In this document: in pieces, positions 23,781 through 37,075 of the stretch
Numbering within the stretch: position 1 is the first letter of the stretch
Layout of the letters: each line of letters begins with the position of its first letter
Assembly: GCA_951406725.2 (NCBI GenBank)
Contig: OX597833.1
Location: 18,042,001 to 18,106,000, forward strand
Source: Octopus vulgaris
Lineage: Eukaryota
DNA length: 64,000 nucleotides
Direction: 5' to 3'
Position numbers and translations under genes: made by a program
The notes under the pieces: generated by a model
What the model saw: only the letters and a program-made list of their open reading frames with translations
Told to the model about the DNA's origin: nothing
The model's database searches: none

Positions 23781-24356
23781 TCAGCCCAACACCGCTTGAC
23801 CGATAGAATAATTACTCGACCTAATAAAAATAAAACATAATTACAAGAGACAAGATGTTCGACGAAACCCGTCAAAGTGGTGCTCCAGCATGGCCGATTC
23901 CAATGGCTGAAACAAGTAAGAGGGAAAAAAACAACATGGAAGCTGGCACTCAGCTCCTTCGTTCTCTCTCTCCTCTTTTTTCTATCTGTGCTTTTCTCTT
24001 TATGTGTCCAGCATCTTAATGTTTCTCTCTGTTGCTTTCACCGTGGATGTATTTCTCTTTGTTTAACATTTTAATATCTCTATGCGCATGCGCATATAAG
24101 TGTAAAGTTTCTGCGGGTCATTCGGTTCATTTTCAGTACATTTAAATATTCTATGTTCCGCTCTCTTTCTTTCTCTTTCTTGATAAACAAGGAGCGACCC
24201 AAAAGAAACCGGAATTTTGCAATATTATTTCATTCACTCAGTTTTACATGTTTATACATTTGAAGCAATGCATGCGGCCAGACGCGTTTTCTGCTGTTCG
24301 AAGCACTGCTGGAACTTTGCGAAATGATGCTTTTGAACGCCTCCGTCGTTTATATA

Positions 24357-24731
24357 TTTTACTTGTTTCAGCCATTTGACTGCGGCCATGCTGGAGCACC
24401 GCCTTTAGTCGAGCAAATCGACCCCGGGACTTATTCTTTGTAAGCCCAGTACTTATTCTATCGGTCTCTTTTGCCGAACCGCTAAGTGACGGGGGCGTAA
24501 ACACACCAGCATCGGTTGTCAAGCAAAGCTAGGTCAACAAACACAGACATACAAGCACACACATACATATATATATATACATATATACGACAGGTTTCTT
24601 TTCAGTTTCCGTCTACCAAATCCACTCACAAGGCATTGGTCGGCCCGGGGCTATAGCAGAAGACACTTGCCCAAGATGCCACGCAGTGGGACTGAACCCG
24701 GAACCATGTGGTTTGTAAGCAAGCTACTCAC
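24357..24731 (-). mobile_element. SINE family A, lacking the first ~20 nt
   Basis: Match to family A. Confidence 0.88.
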
Positions 24732-25465
24732 CTCTTTCACATCTTCAAATTCCGTAGCACCAGCTTTTGTCCCCAGCTGTGGCAGCTCGAGTAAAGGCAC
24801 CGTGGAACTGCTGCGGCCCCTATTTCCCCTCGATATTATCGATAACATTCAATATAATGAGTCCCTTATTTCTTCAATTCTTTCTTTGCACTTGTACGTT
24901 ATATAATCCTTAAGCTTAATGTCAGTAGCCATCCCCTATTTTATGAAAAAAATACAAAAATCCTTGTATAGAACTGTGCGCTTCGCAGTTCTAGCGACGC
25001 GGTGTTTGGTTGTTGTGCGCATGCTCATATGTCCGAGATAGGAAGATTCACACTAGGGAGAGAGAGCACTGCCTGAATGACAGTGCCGGGTGAAAGGTAG
25101 TGTTTCTTTTTGACTCCGCGTGTATTGTGCTTAAAAACGTGTTTATATTCTTGAATGTGATAAAATGTAGAATTAGATTATTATCCTTCTTCCAGCTTCA
25201 GTGTTGCGACCAGGGTTGGAAAAAAGAGAGCACAGTCCCACTTATTTTGTAATTTAGGGGGAATTTTTTTTACAAAGGGGGAATTCGCGGCGGTGTTCAG
25301 TAAACAAATTAAACACACTACACGACAGTGGCTAAAACGAGAACCGATCAAGTTTATGTATAAATTTTCTTTTCATATGTTTGTTTCCTTTTACATAATA
25401 TTAAAACGACGGCTAAAAATTTTCTGAAACAGCACCCCAACTAATTTTATCTACGAACCGCCACT

Positions 25466-26110
25466 GGTCCCCAATGATGACCTTCGAAGATAGGTCCGGA
25501 TTAACTTCACAACACGCATTCAGTCGTGACTACTTTTGATCTTCCGTGACCAAGTGGCGCACAAATTTTACTGCAACTCTTTTCATTCGCAATTTCTCGC
25601 TCAAAATTCGTTGGCAGGAGCTCCAGGACACACCAGTCATATCAACAAGTTTGTCAATTATTCGGTGATCAGTTTATGAATTTTTGGGATGTCTTTATTC
25701 ATTCGGGAGGTCGACCAGCCTCGTTCAGGACGACCGTCGTCCTGAACGAGGTTGGTCTTCAAGTGACAAATAACTATTCCTAAAGCATGAAAATCACTCG
25801 TAAACTTATATTTTGCTCATGGCAGTGTCCTTGTAAGCTGTTGGAAGCATGACAAGTGTTTCGGCTGCCGTCGTCCCCAGCAGAAAACAGGAATTTTTTG
25901 GAAGCACGCTGTTTCTTCGTTTCAACAATTGCAAAAATCGACGAACAGAGAGAAGCACTGCAGAACAAAGATGCACCACGTGACAGTACGACATCAAAGG
26001 ACGCCGCCGGTCGGTCGGACTGATGCCTGAGGGTCACATCAAGTGGCTTCTAGAGGCGGAAGCCTGAACTACAACGAGTTTGTCCCATAGAGAACATTTC
26101 CGGTTGTATG
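25466..26110 (-). mobile_element. Decayed mariner transposase 5' half
   Basis: CFLLGTTAAETLVMLPTAYKDTAMSK (HTH region) and LVDMTGVSWSSCQRILSEKLRMKRVAVKFVRHLVTEDQK..SKVIIGD (WVPH-equivalent and first catalytic Asp). Confidence 0.75.
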
Positions 26111-26809
26111 TCTTTTATATGAAAATAATAGCTACAAACATTGTAAATACTGTTTTGAAACATTCAAAATCATCGTGAACAATATCTCCAGATGAATACT
26201 GCAATAAATTTTGCGTATCACGATGTATTTGTAATTAAGTATGATACACAGATGGCTCTTTTAATCTAATACTGCTTCTGATGTGGATCATGGATTTTTA
26301 TTTAGCCAGATGACAACTTGCAACAGTGGTGACAGATTTCGTCTAAGTTAGTTGGGAGTGTTCGAATACAATGAAAACACCCAACGGGGAAGATGTTATC
26401 TTTCACATTCACCGCTGCTGGGACGAGTTTCGTCTTCCTCCAATATATACATATTACGTTTTAAAACACGGCTCATCTATAGAAGAAACTATTTCCTGAC
26501 TAATACCGCAGTAATTTTTGCCTATGACGATATATTTACATCAAGTATGGTAATTAAAATGGCAATGACGTATTTTAAAACAACTCATGTTACTTTTAAT
26601 CTAGTGTAGACACTAAACAAAGCACTGTTTTAAATAACCTAACAGTCTGTGCTTCAAAATAGTTTCTAATTTTCGACACTTGTTTACCACTTAAGTATTT
26701 ATGTCTCAAATTCGGTCTCACTTTCGTCCTCTGCACTCGAACATATCGGGCATCACATGCAAGCATGTAGCTCTATCAGAGTATAGTTCTACCAGCAGTT
26801 CTCTATGCC

Positions 26810-27000
26810 GTTCAAGAATTTGGCCTTGGAGATCTCCATTTCCAGCAACTTCGAGGGCCACCTCCCAGTGGTGTCGGGCGTCAACAAAGAGCCCTCGACT
26901 ACAAGATGACCAAAGTTTTTTGTTTTTTTCCAAGGTATGGGGTCTCCCGCACCTAAGCCCTAGACCATCACCTAATCACCCTTACCTGTCTTGTTGCTTG

Positions 27001-27057
<57 letters not shown>

Positions 27058-27290
27058 GCAACAGCTGCAGCAGCAGCAACAACAGCTGTTCAAGAATTTG
27101 GGCCTGGGAATCTCCATTTCCAGTGCCTTCGAGGGCCACCTCCCAGTGGTGTCGGGCGTCAACGAAGAGCCCTCGACTACAACAAGTTTTTATTTCTCCA
27201 AGGTCTGGGGTCTCCCGCCCCTAAGCCCTAGACCATCACCTAATCACCCTTACCCGTCTTGTTGCTTAACAACAACAATAACAACAGCAG
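26810..27290. repeat. Tandem duplication of a ~190-bp GC-rich unit, each copy followed by (AAC)n
   Basis: 26810-27000 and 27088-27268 align closely (GTTCAAGAATTTGG...TCTTGTTGCTT). Confidence 0.85.
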
Positions 27291-27565
27291 TTTTCTATGT
27301 CGGTGAAATGATGAAGGGCAACGTGGAAATCGACGGGAAACCAGATGTGTTCCACCAAAGATGCTCGAGAAGGGTTCAGAGAATGTATTGGTAAACCCAC
27401 AGAACCAATGAAGACATTAAAAAAAAACAAAAAAAACACTTAGCGAAAACCTTCTCAGAACAGATATTAGAATTAGCTTTCTATTTGTCCCACCCGGATG
27501 GAAAAGGAAAGAGTAGAAGGTTTCATGGCGCAGAACATTCATTACAGACATTTATTTATGTATAC

Positions 27566-27784
27566 CAGTGCTTTTCAAACTTTTTGCTGGAGCGGAACCC
27601 CAAGGAAACATTCCACTGGCTCGAGGAACCCCTGTGCAATAATTTAATAGTCTTATGCACACATATCTGCACAGGAGAATTATAAATTACTGCCGATTTC
27701 AGCAGTTTTGTAACTTCTTGCAGAACCCCTGGACTGTACTGGCGGAACCCTAAGGTTCCGCGGAACCCTGGTTGAAAACCACTG
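27566..27784. mobile_element. hAT (Charlie-like) MITE with perfect 8-bp TSD
   Basis: CAGTGCTTTTCAA / TTGAAAACCACTG; TSD ATGTATAC at 27558-27565 and 27785-27792; internal GGAACCC repeats. Confidence 0.92.
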
Positions 27785-28524
27785 ATGTATACAGTTATTT
27801 TATGTTCACCGTTTATGTATCTATATCAGGAATATTTGGCAATAGAACCAGGATCCCTATATTCGACGTAAAAAGAAAAACACCAACCCAAGAATACAAT
27901 CACATTTCACTAGAATATTGCCTGCGTCATCAAAGCATCTGACCACTCAAGGTTTCGTGTGGAACCGGATCTAACTATAATTTCAACTTCTGCGCGCTCT
28001 TTCTGAAGCAAACCATCCCTTTATGTTCAGTACATTTTAGCCACTACCATCAACAGACGGTGAATGGTAGGCTTCGGACCGGTCGCAAAAGATAACAATC
28101 AAGAGACAGTAGCAAAATCAGCAGCTGGCCAGAGCGCTGCGACAACACAAAAACAATGGATAGACGGTAACCGCAACGCACAATGACCAGCTAACATCAC
28201 TACAACAACTGCTTTCATACCTTGTCCAAAAACTATTAGTTTCGAATTATCTAGTTCTTTGTCGTTTGTAGTAATAATACTTTTTGTTTATGATAAAAAT
28301 AAACACTTTTTACTCAAAAATCTCAAACGGATTTCAATGTTCTTTTATCGCAACATATCCGTGTATACCATTTTTGTATATGGTACGTATGTATGTATTG
28401 ATATAAACATATAAATTGACTTCCTGCTTTGTAATTGTGTTGACTGTAAGTACATCACTGTGTTTGTTGATAATTTGGGTTTGGTTACTTCATCTCATCA
28501 TACGAGAATATAACAAATTCTTTA

Positions 28525-28930
28525 ATACGGCATTTCTTCCGTGTCATTGCGTTCTGAGTTCAAATTTCGCTGTGGTTGACTTTGCCTTTCATCCTTTCGA
28601 TTTCGATAAAATAAAGTACCAGTTGCACACTGGTGTCGATGTAATCGATTAAATCCTCCTCCCAGAACTAATCGCCTTGTATCAAAATTTGAAAAAATTA
28701 TAAGGTGAATAGTGCAAATGCGGGGAGCTGGTGGAATCGTTAACAGGTTGGACAAAATTCTTAGCGGCATTTCTTCATGAAATACGTTCTGAGTTCAAAT
28801 GACGCCAAGGTCAACTTTACCTTTTGGTGGGAGGGGGTGGTCAGTAAAATAAAGTACCAGTCAAATATTGGGGTTGATGTAATCGATATGCCCTTTCCCT
28901 CAAAATTGCTGATCTTGTACCAAAATTAGA
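28525..28930 (+). mobile_element. Two diverged SINE family B units
   Basis: GTTCTGAGTTCAAAT..GCCTTTCATCCTTTCG..AAGTACCAG occurs twice. Confidence 0.7.
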
Positions 28931-28939
28931 AATAATCTT

Positions 28940-29500
28940 TCCTACTCGAGGCACAAGGCCCGAAATTTTGGGAGAGGGGACCAGTTCAGTAGCTCGACTC
29001 CAGTACATAACTGATACTTAATTTATCGACCACAAAAGTCAAAGTCGACCTTGGCGGAATTTAAACTTAGAACGTAAAGAGAGACGAAATACCTATTTCT
29101 TTACTACCCACAAGGGGCTAAACACAGAGAGGACAAACAAAGACAGACAAACGAATTAAGTCGATTACATCGACCCAGTGCGTAACTGGTACTTATTTAA
29201 TCGACCTCGAAAGGATGAAAGACAAAGTCGACCTCGGCGGAATTTGAACTCAGAACGTAGTGGCAGACTTAATACCTATTTCTTTACTACCCACAAGGGG
29301 CTAAACACAGAGAGGACAAACAAGGACAGACAAACGGATTAAGTCGATTATATCAACCCAAGTGCGTAACTGGTACTTATTTAATCGACCCCGAAAGGAT
29401 GAAAGGCAAAGTCGACCTCGGCGGAATTTGAACTCAGAACGTAACGGCAGACGAAATACCACTCAGCATTTCGCCCAGCGAGCTAACGTTTCTGCCAGTT
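28940..29500 (-). mobile_element. SINE family B multimer (~3 units)
   Basis: Repeated ~184-bp units with junction GAAATACCTATTTCTTTAC. Confidence 0.88.
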
Positions 29501-29827
29501 CCACTTTCAATACGTGTCACCTAGAATGAGTCAGACATACTTTTTTAATAGTTTTTTTTTCTTTCTTTGTTCTAATGAAATCCCGTCGTAATTGATTTAC
29601 AATACGGTTGCAATTGTAATGTAATAATGCAATTGTTAATGTAATGAAATAATGTGCAATGGCTACAAAGTTAAATGTTATAAACGTGGAAACGAAGAGG
29701 ATCGTATGGCACATGTATAATAGGGAAAAAAAATCATATTTAAAAGAAATTACATTTATTTATTAGAAGACTATTATTGGTAAGGGAATTGTGCATTTAG
29801 TGGCAGTAACTTCGGTAAGTATGACTC

Positions 29828-30422
29828 ATTTCTTTATTGCCCCCGAGGGGCTAAACATAGAGGGGACAAACAAGGACAGACAAACCGATTAAGTCGATTA
29901 TATCGACCCCAGTGCGTAACTGGTACTTAATTTATTGACCCCGAAAGAATGAAGGGCAAAGTCGACCTCGGCGGAATTTGAACTCACAACGTAGCGGCAG
30001 ACGAAATACTTATTTCTTTACTACCCACAAGGGGCTAAACACAGAAGGGAAAAAGAATGACAGACAAACGGATTAAGTCGATTATATTGACCCCAGTGCG
30101 TAACTGGTCCTTAATTTATCGATCCCGAAAGGATGTAAGGCAAAGTCGACCTCGGCGGAATTTGAACTCAGAACGTAGCGGCGAACGAAATACCTATTTC
30201 TTTACTACTCACAAGGAGCTAAACACAGAGAGGACAAACAATGACAGACAAACGGATTAAGTCGATTATATCGACCCCAGTGCGTAACTGGTATTTAATT
30301 TATCGACCCCGAAAGGATGAAAGCCAAAGTCGACCTCGACGGAATTTGAACTCAGAACGTAGCGGCAGACGAAATCCGCTAAGCATTTCGCCCGGCGTGC
30401 TAGCGTTTCTGCCAGCTCGCCT
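29828..30422 (-). mobile_element. SINE family B trimer within a single 14-bp TSD
   Basis: Units start at 29828, 30012 and 30196 (184-bp period); GGTAAGTATGACTC at 29814-29827 and 30423-30436. Confidence 0.92.
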
Positions 30423-31483
30423 GGTAAGTATGACTCTTGTCGACCGCAATAAGGGTACGCCTGCATCTCGGTAAGAATATAAGGAGTTTGTTACTTTTAA
30501 AAAATATTGCAGACGTTTTGCTAACAAGGCAATGTTGAATTTCGCTTTTAAATTTTTTTTTTCAAAATAAATAAATAAATAAATAAATAAATAAATTTTC
30601 TCTTTATTAAAAATAATAATATGAATATGGCTAAATTTCAAAACTATTAACTATTAAGCTCTTCTGTTCAATTTTCAAAAATATTTAAGAGAAAAAGGGA
30701 ATATGTTCGAAGCATTAAGTTATACTCTAGGTTTTGGTTCCTGCTGCTGTTTATCTTCCCAAATGTCCCGACGGAAATAAACTTATGCTGCACGCCTCTG
30801 ATATTTATCATAGTAAAAACAAAGTTCCTTCACAACATAATCTGACACTATACTCAAAGAATGGTACAGCTGGGTATTGACTGGAGGCCTCTGCGATAAG
30901 AGAAAACATTTTCTTTTTCTTTGCTTTCTTCTGGTTTATCTTTCGTTTCCCCTTTATCATGTTTTATTTTTCTAAAACATACTAAGAGGAAGTTATCTTT
31001 TTCATTTCAGAAAAAAGAAAAAGAAAGAAAAAAAAAGTGTTAAAATTGCAAGCGCTGCTAAATAGATTTGAATACCAAGTGAACCAAGATAAATTCATTT
31101 GTTTCACCATTTTATGTCACGCATTCTCACCACGAATCTATTTATTCGTTGAACTCAAGAGAATGCGAATATTTCGAGCTGTTTTCGATCAAAATGTCCA
31201 TTAATTAGTCCACATCAGACATTGAAAATATGATAGCAGAGTGTTACAATCCTCTAAAAATGGAATAACAAATATGCCAAAACGTAACAGAACAAGTAGT
31301 AATTGAAATATTAGACAACTTTAGAGTCACGTTAAAGAAAATAGGTCAGAACATTTTTTTTCCCTCTGCTAAATTACACCCAAGTTTCAAACTGTTTTCT
31401 ATAAGATTATATCGGATTAAAATACTACTGGTTAGTTATATAGCTTGGCTTCACTGATTCAAATAACATTTACACCCAGGAGC

Positions 31484-31537
<54 letters not shown>

Positions 31538-31562
31538 TATATGATGTAAGTTTTATAAAGGA

Positions 31563-31775
31563 CCGTATTTGATGGCATAAAAGACGCACGGTCATATTTG
31601 GCACACCCTAATTCCAGCAGTGCATATACGGGAAAATTTTGTTAGTGCATAAAGCATATAATTTAGGCCCGACTTTGAATATAGGACCCGGGGGTGATGT
31701 TTTTTGAAGACATTTTTTTTTTTCTGATTGGATGGTGTTGATGGCGAAGTGCGTCTCATATGCCATCAAATACGG
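31563..31775. mobile_element. Tc2/pogo-like MITE
   Basis: TIRs CCGTATTTGATGGCATAAAAGACGCAC / GTGCGTCTCATATGCCATCAAATACGG. Confidence 0.8.
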
Positions 31776-31784
31776 TGTATTACG

Positions 31785-31937
31785 TGGCTGTGTGGTAAGT
31801 AGCTTGTTTCCCAACCACATGGTTCCGGGTTCAGTTCCACTGTGTGGCACCTTGGGCGAGTGTCTTCTACTATAGCCTCAAGCCGACCAAACCCTTGTGA
31901 ATGGATTTGGTAGATGGAACCTGAAAAGAAGCCCGTC

Positions 31938-32008
<71 letters not shown>

Positions 32009-32510
32009 ACCATGTGAAGGCGCATGTCTCAGTGGTTAGCGCGTCGAGCTAAGATCTTGAGGTTGTGAGTTCGAATCCCGGACCGTGCTGCGTGTTGTGT
32101 TCTTGAGCAAGACACTATTTCACGTTGCTCCATTTCACTCAGCTGTAGAAATGAGTTGCGACATTACAGGTGCCAAGCTCTATCGGCCCCTTTGCCTTTC
32201 CTTTGGATAACACTAGTGGCACGTAGAGGGGAGGCCGGTATGCATGGGAGACTACTGGTCTTCCATAAACAACTTTGCCTGGACTTGTGCCTGGGAGGAT
32301 AACTTTCTAGGTGCAATCCCATGGACAGTCATGACCGAAGGGGGTCTATTCAGCTCAGTGTGTGTCCATCATCACTTGACATCCGATGTTGGTGTGTTTA
32401 CGTCTGGTAACTTAGTGGTTCGGCAATAAGTCCTGGTGTCTATTTGTTCAATTAAAAACTTTTAAGGTGGTGCTCCAGCATGGCTGCAGTCTGAAACAAC
32501 TAAAAGAAGA
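31785..32510 (+). mobile_element. SINE family A interrupted at its internal microsatellite by a family C SINE (32013-32347)
   Basis: Family A 5' half 31785-31940 and 3' half 32358-32510; nested tRNA head TGTCTCAGTGGTTAG..GTTCGAATCCC with tail ATGACCGAAGGGGGTCT. Confidence 0.82.
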
Positions 32511-32574
32511 ACAGGGCAAAAAATATTTCATATAGAACTCAATACCTTCGCCTAATGGTAAATATGCTTGTTAT

Positions 32575-32972
32575 TGGTCTCAAATTTTGTCACAAAACCT
32601 GTAGTTTCGAGGAAGGGGATAAGTCGATTACATCAACCCCCAGTACTCAACTGGTACTTATTTTATCGACTTGTGAAAGAATGAGAGGCAATATCAACCC
32701 CGGCGACATTTGACTTCAGAACTTAAAGACGGACGAAATGCCGCTAAGCATTCTGTCCGACGCGCTAATGATTCTTTTCTACTGTAGGCACTAGGCCCAG
32801 AATTTTCGGGGAGTGGGGCCAGTCGATTAGATCGATCCCACCACGCAACTGGTCCTTAATATATCGATCCTGAAATCGACCTCGGTGGAATTTGAACTCA
32901 GAAAGTAAAGACAGACGGAATGCCGCTAAGCATTCTGTCCGGCGTGCTAACGGTTCTGCCAGCTCGCGGCCT
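32575..32972 (-). mobile_element. Diverged SINE family B units
   Basis: Partial matches to family B. Confidence 0.7.
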
Positions 32973-33005
32973 TAAGCTATGCTTATTATTATACCAAAAG
33001 TTAAA

Positions 33006-33420
33006 GGCGGCGAGTTGGCAGAAACGTTAACACGCCGGGCGAAAGGCACAGCGGTATTTCGTCTACCGTTACGTTCTGAGTTCAAATTCCGTCGAGGCGA
33101 CTTTGCTTTTCATCCTTTCGGGGTCGATTAAATAAGTACCAGTTATGCACTGGAGTCGATATAATCGACTTAATCCGTTTGTCTGTCCTTGTTTGTCCCC
33201 TCTGTGTTTAGCCCCTTGTGGGTAGGAAAGAAACAGGTATTTTCGTCTGCCGTTACGTTCTAAGTTCAAATTCCGCCGAGGTCGACTTTGCCTTTCCGCC
33301 GAGGCAGACTTGCCTTTTATCCTTTCGGGGTCGATAAAGTAAGTTCCAGTAAGACTCTGGGTTCATTGTAATCGACTAGTCTACTCCCACCAAATTTTAG
33401 GCTGTGCTTTTAGTAGAAAG
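33006..33420 (+). mobile_element. SINE family B dimer
   Basis: Head GGCGGCGAGTTGGCAGAAACGTT; second unit begins at junction ~33237. Confidence 0.88.
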
Positions 33421-33437
33421 AATTATTATATCAAAAG

Positions 33438-33843
33438 CGCAGGAGTGGCTGTGTGGTAAGCAGCTTGCTTACCAACCACATGGTTGCGGGTTCAGTCCCA
33501 CTGCGTGGCATCTTGGGCAAGTGTCTTCTACTATAGCCTCAGGCCGACCAAAGCCTTGTGAGTGGATTTGGTAGATGGAAACTGAAAGAAGCCCGCCGTA
33601 TATATGTATATGTATATATATGTGTGTGTCTGTGTTTGTCTCCCCCAACATCGCTTGACAACCGATGCTGGTGTGTTTACGTCCCCGTAGTTTAGCGGTT
33701 CGGCAAAAGAGATCGATAAAATAAGTACTAGGCTTACAAAGAATAAGTCCCGAGATCGATTTGCTCAACTATAAAGGCGGTGCTCCAGCATGGCCGCAGT
33801 CAAATGACTGAAACAAATAAAAGAGTAAAAGAGTAAAAAGAGT
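33438..33843 (+). mobile_element. SINE family A
   Basis: Full match. Confidence 0.9.
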
Positions 33844-34437
33844 CTAATTTGAGTTTCGCCCCGAGCCAAGCTGTTCATGATTGTGGAATAGAGTAAATTA
33901 TTTGCAATTTACTCAAGGTTGTGTTGGTCTTGGATGTGTGTGTGTGTGTGTGTGTGTGTGTGATAAGTGTCTTGGAAAACTAATTTAAAGATGTAGAGAT
34001 TTGAAGAAACTCTTGCCTGTAAAATGTGTACAATGAATGTGTGGGAACAATCCTTCAGCATTGTTCATGTTTGCGTTATTAATGGCTTTAACTGAAGTTA
34101 TTAGAGGAGGATTAAATTATTCCTTATCGTTTATCTTTTAATTGTTCAGCTCATTAAATAGCGACCATGCTGGGGCACCGCCTTGAAGGGTTTTAGACGA
34201 ACAATATAGGTTTGAAGTGTCTAGGCTTTGTGTAAATATTCAGAGATTAAATCTTAATTTTTAAAAATAAATTAGAGTAAGAAGTTAGGATTCTAAGAGA
34301 ATCATGCTTGCCAGAAAAGGGTTTTGAGAAGGAAATAAAAATTCCACTTTATTTTGTAGGAGTCATTATTTTTATTTAGGGACCAGATATATTGTCAGAA
34401 GGCGGTATCATTTCTTCTATTGGCATCCGGAATGCTG

Positions 34438-34469
<32 letters not shown>

Positions 34470-34519
34470 TGTATGTATGTATGTATGTATGTATGTATGT
34501 ATGTATGTATGTATGTATG

Positions 34520-34750
34520 TATGTGAGTGTTTGTGTGTCTGTGTTTGTCCCCCCCAAATCGCTTGACAACCGATGCTGGTGTGTTTGCGCCCCCGTAACT
34601 TAGCGGTTCGGCAAAGGAGACCGATAGAATAAGTACTAGGCTTACAAAGAATAAGTCCCGGGATCGATTTGCTCGACTAAAGGCGGTGCTCCAGCATGGC
34701 CGCTGTCAAATGACTGAAACAAATAAAAGAGTAAAAGAGTAAAAAAGAGT
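34520..34750 (+). mobile_element. SINE family A 3' half
   Basis: Match; shares the 3' flank TCTAATTTGAGTTTCGC with the 33438 copy. Confidence 0.85.
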
Positions 34751-34779
34751 CTAATTTGAGTTTCGCGGGGACATAGAAA

Positions 34780-35170
34780 TAATCAGACTGAATACCCGAT
34801 CGCGCGGTTAAACCATTGGGAGTGAAGGACTCCTAGCCTTTGTTAGGGCATCCTTCTAGGAAAAGGTAACTCTGGTAACTGGGATAACTCCGACGTAAAA
34901 CCTGCGGCTCAGTGGTTATCGATGATGTTGTCTTGTTCTTCTTTTCGGATTACGGCTGCTGTTGCTTAGTGAGTGGGATTGACTCAGTGCACAACCTTTC
35001 CTCACTTTAAAAAAAAATCTTCTTGTACAGGCATTGCACGATAACAACATTGATTAAGCTTCGTGCAATGGCCATACTCGATAACGAGGGGGCAGCCACC
35101 GTGTATGTATGTATGTATGTATGTATGTATGTATGTATGTATGTATGTATGTATGTATGTATGTATGTAT
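34780..35170 (+). mobile_element. Probable RTE-related non-autonomous element ending in (TATG)n
   Basis: GGGCATCCTTCTAGGAAAAGGTAACTCTG resembles a motif in RTE 5' UTRs; 3' hairpin CATTGCACGA..TCGTGCAATG before the (ATGT)n tail. Confidence 0.45.
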
Positions 35171-35213
35171 GTGTGCGTGTGTTTGTATCTGTATTTACCC
35201 ATATATTTTTATG

Positions 35214-35442
<229 letters not shown>

Positions 35443-35479
35443 AATTAAAGAAGTGAAAAGAGGTACTAACTAAAACATA

Positions 35480-36560
35480 TCCCCTCGTTAATATACTTCC
35501 CATTTGGCGACTTCAATTTTCCCCATATCAAATGGCCTGAAGGAAACGTAATTGCTGGAATATCAAGCCATGAATAAAATAGAATGGAATCTTTACTTGA
35601 TCTCACTAAAAAGGTGCTCATTGAACAAATTAGACAGTAGCAAACCAGAAGCAACAACATCTTGAACTGCTTCTTCACTAGTAAAACCGAAACTCCTCCA
35701 CAAGGTGAAGGTCTTACCAAGGAATTTCTCAAACTATGATAGTTGAACGAACAGATCCATAACGAATCGAAGCGCTGTGCATCATATAGGAAGCACTCGA
35801 AGTCCACCCAGGTCGAACTTCTATAAAGGTAACTGGAAATCGGTTCAAAGAGAGATCTTGAAACAAAATTGGCCCGAAAGCCTCTATAAGCTAAACAATG
35901 GCAGGAAACTTATAGAATCTATGTCAATAATGCCAGCCTTATGCATTGAATTTCCCCCAGAAGGAAGAGCAAATACACATGGAGATAATGTTCCTAGAGT
36001 ACTTACAAGAGTAAAAATAAGGCTGAGGATCTCAAATCGTTTAAGTAAATAACTAAATGGAGCGAGGAATCTCACTTGACTTGGCACTTTCAGAGATCGA
36101 AAATAAACTCAAAACTCTCCGATGAAAAGCATGGGGTGTTAGTGGGAGAAAGAGGAACCAGGGTTGTTGAAAATATATAAACGAACCTTATGGTCTTTCA
36201 AAAATTTGCAAGATAATCCGCCTTAGCGTGAGACGTGATAGGGCTACTGTTTGAAGAAAGCAGATCATCGACTGCTGAGTCAATGAGGATAAGTCAAAAC
36301 CTAAATAAACAATTCCAAAGTATTTTCACTCGCCTGCGGGAGATATGCAAACAAATAAAGCCTGATGAGATTATAAAGACTGAAGATCCATACAGGGAAG
36401 ATGAAGCTATCGGTTACATTGACATAATATGTGAAGATCAGCCATTCATGAGATGAATTCAGCATCAGGTGTAAATGGGGACATATTCAAAGCACATATT
36501 TTTACCTCACATTCAAGATGAGCGCACATCACGACAGGAAACGCAAAAAAAGCGACAATC
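35480..36560 (+). mobile_element. CR1-group LINE ORF2 fragment (AP endonuclease end and linker), decayed
   Basis: [42 protein letters not shown] and ISQNLNKQFQSIFT motifs, with stops and frameshifts. Confidence 0.8.
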
Positions 36561-36709
36561 TTTTGGTCCTTCATTCACACTAACAAACGCGGAGAGAAGG
36601 CCGTCGTATTAATAATCGAAATGACGTATCAATAATCAAACCATTAGCAGTGCCCCAGCATGGTCAGCGCGTCCAGCTGAAACAAATAATTGTTAAAAAT
36701 AATATTTTA

Positions 36710-36771
<62 letters not shown>

Positions 36772-36828
36772 CACACACACATATATATACGTGTGAGTAT
36801 ACATACATACATACGTACATACATACAT

Positions 36829-37075
36829 GTGGAGGCACATGGCCTAGTGGTTAGAGCATCGGACTCGCGGTCGAGGGACCGGGCGATGTATGTGTTTATG
36901 AGCGAAACACCTAAGCTGCACGCGGCTCCGGCAGAAGGCAATGGCGAACTTCTGCTGACTCTTTCGCCACAACTTCCTCTCACACTTTCCTCCTGCATCT
37001 TGCAGCTCACCTGCGAGACGGAGCGGCGTTCCGTCCAGGTGGAGAACTTATACGCCAAGAAACCGGGAAACCGAG
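36829..37075 (+). mobile_element. tRNA-derived SINE (family C-related tail)
   Basis: GGAGGCACATGGCCTAGTGGTTAGAGC head; tail TACGCCAAGAAACCGGGAAACCG similar to the 1457 copy. Confidence 0.65.

Noticed and set aside
29828-30422. Regular 184-bp periodicity as a CRISPR-like or satellite array
   Set aside because: Units are whole SINE bodies with no unique spacers, enclosed by a TSD.
32013-32085. tRNA gene (A and B boxes present), and similar heads elsewhere
   Set aside because: No proper acceptor stem or terminator; runs straight into a SINE body.
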